Shown: one piece after another, positions 27,620 to 39,535 of the stretch | Numbering within the stretch: position 1 is the first letter of the stretch | How the letters are laid out: every line of letters starts with the position of its first letter | Assembly (NCBI GenBank): GCA_013239625.1 | Contig: MU054323.1 | Location: 9,951,186 to 10,015,185, forward strand | From: Lama guanicoe | Lineage: Eukaryota | DNA length: 64,000 nucleotides | Direction: 5' to 3' | Position numbers and translations under genes: made by a program | Notes under the pieces: model-generated | What the model was told of the DNA's origin: nothing | Databases searched by the model: none | What the model saw: the letters and a program-made list of their open reading frames with translations, nothing else

Positions 27620-28500
27620 TTATGACTAACAAATTTACAACTCTAGCTCAGACCTTTCTTCATACAGACTCATGTATGCTTTTTATAACAAAAAACCTTG
27701 CAATAGTTGCCTATACTTTTCTGCCCTTTCTCACCTCCCATTTTCCCCTCTACTTTCTGCAATAAGTTTTTTCCCCTACTTCTCTATTAAAAATGCTTTT
27801 GAAAAGTCACCAATGACCTTGATCTTGCCAGGTTCACTGATTAATCCTTAGTCTTCACCTTACTGCATTTGACATGGCTTTGATTATGTGTTCCTTCTGA
27901 AATCTTTATAAAATGTTTGGTTTCCAGGACATCTTATTCTCCTTGGCTTTTATTACTGTTATCTCTTCTTAATCTCCTTTGCTGGATCCTCTTCGGATTC
28001 CTGACAAGTTGGCACAGTTTGGGCTAAGTTTTTTTTCTCTATTTATACTTACACTGAACATGATCTGACCAGTCCCACAGTTTCAAATAGCATCTGTATG
28101 CAAATGCATCCAAAATTTATATCTGTGATCTACTCACATATGCGACTTCCTACTGAACAACTCTATTTGGATGTCTAATGGGCATTTCAGACTTAACTAT
28201 AAAAAACAGAAGTCTTGATTTCCACTCCACCCAAACCCATTTTCCCAATCCAGTGAATAGTATCACCATTAACTTAATGACTTATGCTTCTTTCTCATCC
28301 TTCCCAGTCAATCCAGTTAGCAAGTCCTACTTGCTCTAAATTCAGATTTTATCTGGAATCGAACCACTTCTTACCACCTCTGTCATGTTCATCGAGTGCA
28401 ACCCACCATCCTCCTAGCTTGTCTCTCTGCTTTCATTCTTGCCCTTCTACAGTCTACATCCGGCACCCAGGAGGCCTTTTAAAAATGTGTATCAGTTTAC
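27620..28500 (+). mobile_element. LINE-2 relic
   Basis: Pyrimidine-rich L2 body (aaagtcaccaatgacctt; tatttggatgtctaatgggcatttcagacttaac). Confidence 0.65.
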
Positions 28501-28979
28501 GTCATTCCAAATAACCTACAAATTTTACCATAACTCGCTCTACTTATGAAAGATTCAGTCTCCCCATAGCCCTGAGGGTAGTGTTTTTTGTCTTTCCTTC
28601 TAGTCAATAAACTCTGTGCGGACTGAACAGTACCTGGCATTTCTTGAATCAGAATGTATAGATTTGGTGAAATATTATGGAGACGTTAAAAATTTGTCTA
28701 TTTGGTGCGGTAACATGAGATAGTCTTGACCAAAGAAGAGGGAATAGCCCCTCCCACCATTGCTTTAACACTATTATGATTGAATAAATTGTTCTTAACG
28801 TGTACACGATTACAGCCTCGAAGAGGATAGGGAAAAATATAAACAGTTGTCACAATCACGGAAATGTAAGTGAATATTTCTTTTAAACATTTGGTTTAAA
28901 CTTTCTTATTTTTTTAAAAGGAATGGGCCCTACTCAGGAGTCCTCAGTAAGGGGCCTCCAGCTGTCCCCAGTACGAGTT

Positions 28980-29153
28980 AGCACTGGGCCCACCGGGCCA
29001 CCGTCCACAAGGTAGGCCCATCTAACGCTCGCGTGCGTTGAGAAGAGCCACTCCATCTGCTCCCTCCGCCCCACTTCCTTCCTCCAGGCTCCGCCCCGCG
29101 CCGGTGCGCCTGCGCACGGTCGAACACGTGGCTGCCGCGGAGCCAGAGCAGCA
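28980..29153 (+). promoter_or_regulatory. WDR43 CpG-island promoter: GC boxes, NRF1 site, E-box
   Basis: ctccgcccc twice (about 29064 and 29089), TGCGCCTGCGCA at 29105-29116 (NRF1-like), CACGTG at 29125-29130. TATA-less; the CpG island extends to about 29700. Confidence 0.75.
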
Positions 29154-29378
29154 ATGGCGGCGGGCGGCGGTGGTGTTGTGGACCCCCTTTCCCCCGCTGG
29201 GGTCCCCTGCGCTTTCTCCCCACAAAGTCAGGCCTTTTTCGCTTTGGCGTCTACCGACGGTCACCTGCGAGTATGGGAGACAGCCAACAACCGGTTGCAC
29301 CAGGAGTACGTGCCTTCCGCGCACCTCAGCGGTACCTGCACTTGTCTGGCCTGGGCGCCAGCGCGGCTGCAGGCCAAG
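29154..29378 (+). CDS. WDR43: WD repeat-containing protein 43 (UTP5, t-UTP/SSU processome), exon 1
   Basis: gcaATGg Kozak context; [81 protein letters not shown]; 225 nt. Confidence 0.95.
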
Positions 29379-32300
29379 GTAAAGCGAGCGGGACGGCGCG
29401 GGGCGGGCGCCTGCCTGGGCTCGGCCTCAGCGCCCCCCACAGCCCGGCATCACGCGTGGCTCTCGGCGGGAGGCCGGGGGTGAGGAGGCAACGAGCACGG
29501 TGGCGGCGCTGGCTGGGCCCAAGCCGCTAGCTCCGTGCGCGGCCTGTCCCGAGGGCAACGAGAGGGCGCGGCCAGATCCGACGGGCAGCGGACCTTAGCT
29601 CTACCGGCGGGCTCCATGCGGTCTGTGTCCTGCGCCCCGCCGTCTCCTGGGCCGCCATATTCACCGAGGCCCCGGGCCCTCCTTGCTGCCAGGCCTGGCT
29701 CTCTCCTGCTTGCGTTCTTCAGAGCTATGGAATTTGACAGAGGTGGACTTTGGGGCTGTACTGCTCTTCTTTGACCCTTTCCCAGCTCATTGGCTTTGCC
29801 CTGGGTAGTTAGAATGAAGAAATCTGTTTCCTTGCTTCCGGCCCCCACCCCCAAACCCCCCCACCCTTGGGTGCTGGCTCACCACGTGTTCTCTTCCACG
29901 TCCAGGATGTGGGACTCTTGAAACTCCTGACGTTTCCAGGCCCGTTTCCATTCTAAGCCGTGCGAATTTTCTTGCTTTTAAATTTTTAACGCCTGTTCGT
30001 CTCTCCCTTTATACACCCGCTTTCCCCAAGTCTGAAGTCTGCGCTAGGATGTGGAGGTAAAGTGAAGTAGTAGTTTAACTTAATGAATATGAGTCCAGGT
30101 GAAGTTTTTCTTAGACGGGGCACTGCTGAGTTAGGGAAGGCTTTTCACTCTTAGGGGGACCCATCTCAGGTAAGATGCCATTCACTTTTGAGGCACTCGA
30201 CTAACTCACTCACACCCACGTGGAAACTGGCGCTTGTAGGGTAGCCCCCCTCCCCCCCGAATCAGTGCAGTGTGATTTGGAAGCATCAGGTATTGTGAGT
30301 TGTGTGGTGTTTAGCTGATATTATGTGTAAATCTTAAATAGTTCATAGTACAGATCTTAAATCGGAAACTTTATGCTAAATTCTTAGGTTGAAAGTAGGG
30401 ATACATCTAACTTGTTATACTTTGGATGAGTATGTTCAGGTATTTTTCAGCTCTTAAGCTAGATTTTCATAGTTTCTAGATGAAGTGACTCCTGCTGATT
30501 TTTAAAGAAACCTTATCAGGGCCCTTAAGTCAAGAACAAAACTTGGACTTAAAAACAAATCACAGTTGTCATTAAAATTACAGCACTCTGCATATTTCTC
30601 CTTTTCAAATTTCTGTTTGTATTTTAACAGATTGAAAAGTGATAATAAATCTAATGGTGAGAGGAAATGGGGAGCAATGGTTACATGCATGGACCCAGGC
30701 TATACTCTCTAGCTTTGAATCCAGAATTGGCTTCTTTGTAGTAATTGTGCCTTCAGTTCCTCATTTGTAAGATGGAAGTAATAGTACCTCATAGAGTGGT
30801 TGTGAAGGTTTACGTATTTTATGATGCATAAAGCATTTAGAATAGTTCTTGGTGTGTATGTGCTATAATTGTTAATTATCTCTTATTTGTGTGATTACTC
30901 CTGCAAAGTAGATAAAGACTAACTTTTGCTTTGTTCAGGAAGCAGAAACTGAGGCCCTGGAAAATTAGGCAACTTGGAAAAAACCACAAATGGAACCAGG
31001 ACTAGAACACAGATATTTAGAGCTCAGCTCTCCATTATCTGTAACAAATTGCTCATATTAGGCTGGCAAACATTTGTCACCAACTTAGTTTTCTTCTGAC
31101 TTATGCAATCGTATTGTATGCCTAAGGAATAAAACTTTTACCTTGTCTTAAATTTTCTGTTAAAAGTAGGTTTTGGATTATATGTAACACTCTGATACAA
31201 TAGAAAAATATCTGGATTTGGTTTCATACCCAGGACACAACTCAAACTTGTTTTGTCACATTGAGTAAGTCACTACTTTGGAGGCCTCCTTGGAAAATAA
31301 GAGTTGAGCTACAGTAAAAGAAAAGTTCTTACAGGTTTCAGTATTCTTTTATTTGTATGCTCTCACTTTAGCCACTTGACTCTTAAGAAATGTCCTGGAA
31401 TTGTTACATTTTTATTAACTGAGAATCAGAACTAAGAAAGTTTAAATGGCCTTACTAAAGCCTTAATAACCAGTAAAGTAGTTGTGGCTACTAGAGTCGA
31501 GGTACTTTGACTCCTGGTCCAGTGCTCTTACTGTAACCTTAAATCTTGAGTGACAGAATTGAGAGCTGGGAGGAATGTAGAAACATCCAGTGCTCATCAT
31601 CTTGGGGGTGTATCCTTAGAACATCAATTTCACTTGAAAATTAGAGGGAGAAGTAGTTTTCCTGTATTAAAACAAACTTTCATGTGTATTATTGTGTAAA
31701 ACTTTAAAGTCATGTGATTTTTTAAAGATAGCCACTGCTGCAAATCACTCTTCATTTTCTACTTCTGCTCCCAGATCCCTGGGTTAGGATCCTTGCCACT
31801 TAAGTTTTAAGATGCTCTCTTCAACCTTTTTGTTTTACATGTAAATCAGTTTGTAGGAATATTCTGTATCTGGTTCAATAATTGACAGTTGGCCACCCAA
31901 GGACAAAGTTTGGTGACATTACTCTTATCAATGGAGGAAAATGAGTTGGTGCTGGATTTCTTGGGTAACAGGAAGTACAGCAATGGTTCATAAATGTTTA
32001 GAAAAATTAGATCGCTGCTTGTTCTTGGTCACAGAATGATTATAATTCTTTGCATTTGTGTCACAGTAGTTTTTAGGAAATTTTTGTGTTTATTATATAA
32101 CTAAACATTCCATTTGGGTGATAGAGCCTGGGGGAAGAGGACCTCTAATGATGGAAAGAAAAGTGCAGAGAGACAGATTGATGGACTATGGATGGATGCT
32201 GTTCTTAGAGCTCCTCAGGTTTATGTGTGTAAACTGAGGCTGGGATGTTACATGATATGCCAGAGCCACACAGTAAGTGGCTGGGCCACCCAGGAACTGA

Positions 32301-35300
32301 CTGTGCTATTTAATTCCTCCTTTAAGACACGAACTTCTGCATTTTTCCTTTTCTAACTGCCGTAGAGCCTGGAAGAAACAGATTGGCTACTATAGTAAAT
32401 GCACTTATGTTGCTTTGTTGTCACTGCAGTTAAAATGACCCTGTACAGCTCAGTACCTGTTGAATGAAGCACATGGCACTTCAGGCATTGGACAGGGCAA
32501 GCACAGCAGCATTAAGGATGTTTGTAGGAAAAATCTGAGCTGAGTATCCCCAGTCCTAACCCTTAGAGACGTAGCACAATCCAGTTGTGTTCCTGTACAG
32601 TGCTCTGTGTTAAGGTCTCTCCCATGTTTAAACTTCAAAAGAGGGGAAGATTTGCAGATCAGATTTTACTGGCAGAAATAGAAGTAGCTGTGTATTAGAA
32701 GATGTTTTTGATGTAAATACTGTATGTAATTACATGTAAAAATGCACACATTTTCTTTACTATCACCCATGAAACTTAAACATTTGCCAGAGTAAGTGAC
32801 AATAAGATAGTCCAGGAAATGGCATAGAAGACTAATTGCAGAATGAAATTTGAAACTTTGCCATAATTTTCAGCAACTAGAGGTCAGTATTTTTCAAAAA
32901 TAGGTTTTGAACCATTAGTGGATTGTGAAATAGATTTAGTGGGTTGTGACAGCATGAAAAAATAGACCATATTAGAGTGTATTTTGCATGGTAAAGGATG
33001 GGGTTTTTTATGAGTTTGTTTCAGCTACATATATACATGTGTTTTTATGCGTGTGTGTATTGGCTCTCCATGTAAACTCTTTTCTTACTTTGGGATCTCA
33101 GTCTAAAAAGTCATTTCTTAATTGATCAAAATCAGACTTCTCATCACCTGGATATGCTTCTCTCTGTCTTTACTCTTATCTGTACTGTGCATTGCTCTTA
33201 TAAATCATGCACATTCAGACTCTCACTCAGCCTTCTGATTGCCTCCTAGATCAAATACTGCTTTCTTGAGACTGGTGTTGGCATTTATTGCTTAGCTCAA
33301 TCATCTCTTCACATTAGAAAAGACTCTCTAGTCTAAAAAATAACAACCTTTTGGTATTCATTCTTGGTACCTTCAGGAACTCAAGATTTTCTGGTCACAG
33401 GTATATGAACTAAATTTTTAGCCTACCCTTTCCATTACTTCATATATTTACATGTGTAATTAATGTGCACATAACATGACACAAAGCAGTATAACTAAGA
33501 CATTAAAGAAGAAATAAAGACAATTCAGTTATACTGTGTCCAAAATACAAAGCATAATATGACTTGTGTTTTAAGATAAGAAAGATTTTTGTGGAGAAAT
33601 CATGTTTGAGGTGGACCTTGAAGCATGAATAGATTTTTAACCAAATGAAATTTGAGGTGAGTAGGAAAAGGCCCCTCCAAAAGAAGGGAAAAGCAAATGG
33701 GAAAGCGTATTCGTGATTAGGAAGTGTAAGGATGGAACTGGAAATAAGATTGGAAAAGGTGGGTTGGAGGCAAATTGTGGATGCTTTTGAATGCCGAACA
33801 GTTGTTTATATTGATTTACTCTTCCCTGGGGAGTCATTGAAATTTTTCATCACAGGAATAACAGGTTCAGATAGAAAATGCCAACAAAGACCTGTGATAA
33901 TCTATAATCATCAGCACTTAACTCTTGGTTTCAGAAATATTTAGTAATGGAGTAGTAGTTACAATATTAGATTTCACTAAAATGCACATTGGTTATATAA
34001 ACTTCTTATCTGGTTGATGTGTTTGGACATGCACGTCCTGCTGAATGGGAAATTATTTTTTAAAAAATCATCCAACTTGGAGAACACATACATGAGTCAT
34101 TAGTTCTTTGAGATTAATTAATTAGATTATTTTTTAGGTTCAGACCAGTGATCTCCAAAATTGAACATAGATTCTGTGATGCTCCTCCCAATAGCCTCTG
34201 CTTGCTTCTCCCCAAAATACAGATTTTGCTAATAGAGAAATTGGGGCTTTGAGTATGTTCATTTTAACTTACAAACTTTCTTTGTGCTTTTTAATGAAAA
34301 CTCAAGTCTACAGAAAAACATACACATATTTGGACCAGCCTATGCTTCAAACATTAGAAACCTCAGTGTAGGTAATTTTAATTTGATTTGGGAAAACTAA
34401 GAGTAGAAGAAATACTTTCTAGACTCTGTCAGAGAAGGGTTTTCTGATGGGGTGGTAGGAGATTGGTATACCTTCCCCTACTGTCCTTGCATAAATGTTT
34501 GTGTTCATAACCTTATGCACAAAGCACATTTGCTCTCCAGAATCATTCAAAGGTGGCTTTAGAAATTTATTTAGCTGAAGGTAGGACCTAGGACACTCCT
34601 TGACTAAGTTTCAATGTTTCAGGCAAATTAAATGTTACTGATGAGGCCATCAGACTTTTTTTTTTTAAATAACTTTGGCTCTTAATTGTAACTTTTCTTT
34701 TGGGTTTATCAACGTAGATACATTTCTCAGGACTTGCAAAATGTGCATTTTTTCTGTATTTAAACTTTTTTGTTGTTGTATATTTTAACTTTTTGTTGAC
34801 TTAAGTGTGTTCAGTGAATCAAATTCTTCAAATGTCACGTCTCCACAGGATAACCAAGAGAAAAAAGGTAGAAAATGCCTTATAAGTCCTACTCCTTGAT
34901 ATTCTTTATGCACTCGTAACATTGTAGTTTTCATTGGTGGTTTTTTGAGTTGGGCAAATTTTTATGTATCCTGGGGCTGCTTTTTTGTGCTGTAGAGCAA
35001 AGATCTTGCACTATTGAGAAAATGTTCTCTTTTCTATGGTATTGGTCTCTTTTACACTAGAAGAATTGATTTCTAAGGGCATCTTTATGCTAAAACATAG
35101 GCTAGCAGGCTTTCATTTAGAAAAAAATTATAAACATGCAAGAGAAGTTCTGACATTATGGATTATTATTCATTATAAACTTTAATGTACTCTGAAGTTG
35201 TGAGCATTGGTTTCTTTTTGATAGACAAGAGTTGTTAGTATCATTTTTTGAAGTAAATCAAAGAAGTCTTCGCCGTTTGATGCTAAATTCAAATATGTGC

Positions 35301-35932
35301 CTGTTAAGTCATTGGAATCATCAAGAGAACATGGAACTTTCAGACTGGCCCTTAAACACTCACTGGAGCAACTTCTCTAGTGTGTGCTTCACACTGCTCT
35401 ACTGATTGCAGCTTTTTTTTTTTTTGACTCAAATTGAAGTAAATACATGTTTATAAGTGTATAAACATTTGAGTCCCTTTTCCTAAAAATGAAGCCAGAA
35501 TGCAAGGAAAGATTTGGGAGGTGAGAGGGGAAAGCATTGGCTGCTTGAGCAGGTGGCAATGGAGGCTTCACTTGGACCTTTTGGGAATGGTTGGTTTCTG
35601 AGAAGTCGAAGCAGCAGTGAGGCTGTTTGGACTTGTTAAGAGAATACTAACAGAGCATACTAAGTTATACCTCTTGCCATCTTTTCTGAGAGGTAAAGAT
35701 GGGAGAGAGGGGCACAGAATATTATGAGTTCTTCTTCCCATTGGAGTGAGTTTATTTTCTAAGTAGTAAGAAAGAGCTTATCTGAGAGCAAATCCCACGT
35801 CCACTTTTTTAAGTGTCTCTTAATAGCAGTCACATTAATTGGTGAGCTGTTGGGCATTTGCATTTATGCATTAATGATGTTTCAGTGTTTGAAATAATAC
35901 AATAAGAAGTTGTTTTTTCTTTCTTTTTCCAG

Positions 35933-36070
35933 GAAGGTCCGCAGAGGAAAAAAAGGAAATCAGAAGCTATTGGAACGAGTAACCAGGTTGACTTGTTGGC
36001 TCTTGGTACAGCAGTTGGTAGTATTTTATTATACAGTACAGTAAAAGCAGAACTACACAGTAAATTGATA
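35933..36070 (+). CDS. WDR43: WDR43 exon 2
   Basis: 138 nt; ttttccag|[46 protein letters not shown]|gtaagt; includes the NLS-like RKKRK. Confidence 0.95.
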
Positions 36071-36075
36071 GTAAG

Positions 36076-36108
<33 letters not shown>

Positions 36109-36279
36109 ATTTTGTATAAAAGAAAGTGATGATTAAAGATTTATTTAAAAAACAGTTTAGGATATGCAATAGGATCTGCAGTATGGGGGCATTTTTCTGC
36201 CCCTTAACTTTTAAATTTTTCAACAGTAATATTTGATAATAGTTATGATGAGTAACATAGTCATTATTATAGGTCAGAG

Positions 36280-36815
36280 TGTGAAGAATAGGGAGAACTG
36301 TTGACTAGGCTTAAATAAGAAAGGGTGGAAAGAATTCTGAGGATCACAGCTGCAGGAAGGAGTGCACCGCCTCCAGGGTGAGGGGACCAGGGAGGCGGTG
36401 GGATTATCGCTGAAATTTTGAGGAGCAGGTGTTGCTGTGTCTTGAAGGGGAATGGCACTGTGGACTTGAGAATCCAGACCTCTGAGGAGGGGCCCTACCT
36501 GACTGCTGGTGTCTCTGAAGGGAGGTGATGAGACTGGTTCTCCATCCGTTGGGAAAACTGCATATTGAGTTCATCTGTTGCCAAAAGGATTGCTGCTGCT
36601 GGAGTGGAGAAACATTGGGGTGATGCAAACTGGGAGATAGGAAGAAACCAGTCCCTTGTTCCTCCTCCTGCCTTGTCTCCCTCTGGCACCCTTATTGGTG
36701 GAGCCTACTAACGATCCAGCTAGCAGAGCAGAAATGGGGTTCGCAGAGTCCCAGCCCCAGCATCGCAGAGCAGAGGTGGGGTTAGTGCTGCGAGACAGTA
36801 ATGAAACTGGCATAA
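36280..36815. mobile_element. Probable ancient ERVL/MaLR-class LTR
   Basis: GC-richer island with LTR-like text (gagtcccagccccagcatcgcagagcagaggtgggg...aactggca). Family not assigned with certainty. Confidence 0.45.
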
Positions 36816-38258
36816 TTTGTATCAGACAATATCTATTACAGTATGTTTTTGGTGTTCACTTAACTCCTGTCTGTATATAGGATTGCTTTCTGTATATATG
36901 AATAAGTAAGTATATGAATATGTAAGTAACATTTATCTGTAGATACTTTGGAACTATGTGAAGTTGAAAGGGAAAAAATTACACCTAAATCTATCACCAA
37001 GCAGTCTTCTGTTTAGTAGATTGTGTGTTTCTTTGCTCTATGCATATGTTCAGTTGGGTTCTGTCTGTTCATCTATTTTGTATCCTGATATTTTCCATCA
37101 TATTATAACATGAGCAGTTTTCATATTTGTCAAGAACTAGTTATAAACATTTTTAGGGACTGGCTAAAATCCCATTAAATTGGATAGTCCCTTGGTGATT
37201 TAACTGTTACTAACCATTTAGGTAGTTTCTGATTTTTTTGTAAATTTTTTTTTCTTACATGGGTTCCCAGAATTACTAACCTGTGATTAATCAGTCAAAG
37301 GTGTGAGTGTTAAGCCTTTTTATACATAGTATAAAAATTTTCTGGAAGTTATTCTAAGTGTACTAGTATCAGCTATGGAAGGACGGTACATGTGTTTCAG
37401 AGTGTTTTTGTCATCATTGATTATTCACATTAAAACAGTGATAACACCAACAAAAAACCTAGCTAATTTGATAGATGAAAGTTTTTATCTGATTTTAAAC
37501 CTGTATTTTAAAGTATGTTATTTGTTTTCATTTTAAAGATTATACAAATAATACACAACTGTAAAAAAAAAAAAGTTAAAGCATTCAGAGGTGTATATTA
37601 AAGGAAATCTTCCTTTATTCCTCCCTGCTCTCCAAGTTGAGTGTGGTCCTCATGTGGGCTTCTACCCTGCTATAGTTTAGAGCCCATCCTTTGATTTGGT
37701 CAGTCTTTTGTGTTGAACATGTACCTAGTGCCCTGTGCAGTGCTTTACTGCAGCTGCTTTACTCGGCTGTTGTGGCTGCAGACACGATGCTGATGAAGCC
37801 TAGAACTCCTTGTTAGATTATTTTGAAACTTCACAGTATTATATATAAGTCTTTAACAGGGGATGAGTTTCTTAAAAAGGAACTAGGAGGGTCGGGGCAA
37901 GGAGTGTTGGAATGATGTGGTGTGGTAGAAAGGGACGAGGCTTTGGAACTAGTCTGTCCTGGGGTTGAATCCTTCTAGTTATATGATCAAGGATAAGATA
38001 ATGATCATCTCTTCAATGCGAATTGTGTAAGCTACCTTGCATGACTTTATTGAAATTTAGACATAATTTATTGGAAGTAGTATAGTGCCTGGCATGTAAT
38101 TGGTACTTAGTAAATGTTGAATGAGTAAATGAATGAATGGACAGTTTCTAGATTGCTTTCCAAAAAAGATATGCTAGTCCCAGCAATGTATGATAATGCC
38201 ATTTTCATTATAATCTTATCAGCATGGGTATTATAATGCTAAACAAGTTGCTAGATGA

Positions 38259-38366
38259 GCTGTTGGATTCTATTTGCTAATATTTTGGTAACGATTTTTG
38301 CATCTATGTTCATCAGTGATATTGGTCTGTAATTCTCTTTTGGTGGTGTCTGCCTGGTTTTGGTAT
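38259..38366 (-). mobile_element. Internal LINE-1 ORF2 fragment (no 3' UTR or poly-A) with perfect 16-bp TSD
   Basis: Minus strand encodes [31 protein letters not shown] (start of the L1 RT region). acaagttgctagatga occurs at 38243-38258 and 38367-38382. Confidence 0.85.
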
Positions 38367-39413
38367 ACAAGTTGCTAGATGAATAGACTGAAAATGTTAC
38401 TTTGTTTTGCTTTGTATCTCTTGGATTACTAACTTTGAAGTTTTAAAAAATTTCTTACTGAATTCTTTCTGCAGAAATTATCTGTTCATCTCCTTTGTTC
38501 AGTTCTTTGTGTGTTTGGCTATAATGTGGGACTTAGTTTGAATAAATAGCTGATAGGAAGGAAGAGAAGTAACTGAACTTAACATTTAAACATTTTTCTT
38601 TTGAGGTGGCGGCAATCTGTACGATGGAAGTAGTGATTTTGAATTTTAGCTTTCATGCTTAGCTTAGATATGTACTCAGTGGTGATCCATTGTATGCACA
38701 TTTAATTAATGTGAATTCAGGTAGAAAGAGTGAAAACAGTTGCTCACAGTGATTTAGCACTGTATTCTGCTGAATGAGCTTGTCTTGGAATGTGTGAGAT
38801 GAGAGACTTGAATTTGCTCTTCCCCAGGTGATGTCTCCGTTCCTTTGTGCCTCAGAGTGAGTGAACATTTTGCTATGCTGAGTACGTTTAAAGTTTTATT
38901 CATATGGTGTGAGCTATAATACAAGGAAACATTTAGTGTGTCCCTGAATAAACGGTGATTTTTAAAATTGAGAGATAGTTTTAGTACTTCTTTACAAAGG
39001 GATTTGCAAGGATAGTTTTGACTAGATGTGATTTTTACCTTAATTACTGACTTGACATTGTTTAAGATTTGACATACTAGTTCACTCAAGTGTCCCCAAC
39101 TTTTTGCCTCTGTACATGAAGTATTTTATCATGCCTAATGCTGGCATTCCTGTCAAAAGTAAGTGGCATTTAGGACTAGTATCCTTTGACTTACGATGTA
39201 GAAGTATGTTTTTTCAGCAGAGGAGACAATGGAAAGTTAGTATTTGATGAAGTTGTAGCAGATTTATCTCATTTTTGATGTTGCAGATGGATAGATGCAT
39301 TTTAGTTAGGTTAAGGTGTAACATAACCTAACTCTTACGAATGATTCCAGGGTGCATACTGTCATATCAGATGAGCTTTTTTTTCTTTATTTTTTTTTTT
39401 TTTAAATCTACAG

Positions 39414-39535
39414 AGTGGTGGACATGACAACAAAGTCAATTGCATACAGTGGCATCAAGACAATGGCTGTTTGTATAGTTGTTCAGATGATAAACACATT
39501 GTGGAATGGAACACACAGACGTGCAAAGTAAAGTG
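39414..39535 (+). CDS. WDR43: WDR43 exon 3
   Basis: 122 nt; cag|[40 protein letters not shown]|gtgagt; a WD40 repeat (GH...WN). Confidence 0.95.

Noticed and set aside
20560..28980. A single bidirectional promoter or a hidden gene between TRMT61B and WDR43
   Set aside because: There are two separate CpG islands, and the interval is filled with MLT1, MIR, L1 and L2 relics with no supportable exons.
28978..29854. Cluster of overlapping 80-134 aa ORFs on both strands
   Set aside because: Expected in a stop-poor CpG island; only 29154-29378 gives recognisable WDR43 sequence.
36245..36340. ATGATGA ... CTGA spacing resembling a fourth C/D snoRNA in WDR43 intron 2
   Set aside because: No terminal stem, no recognisable rRNA complementarity, and it runs into an LTR-like repeat.
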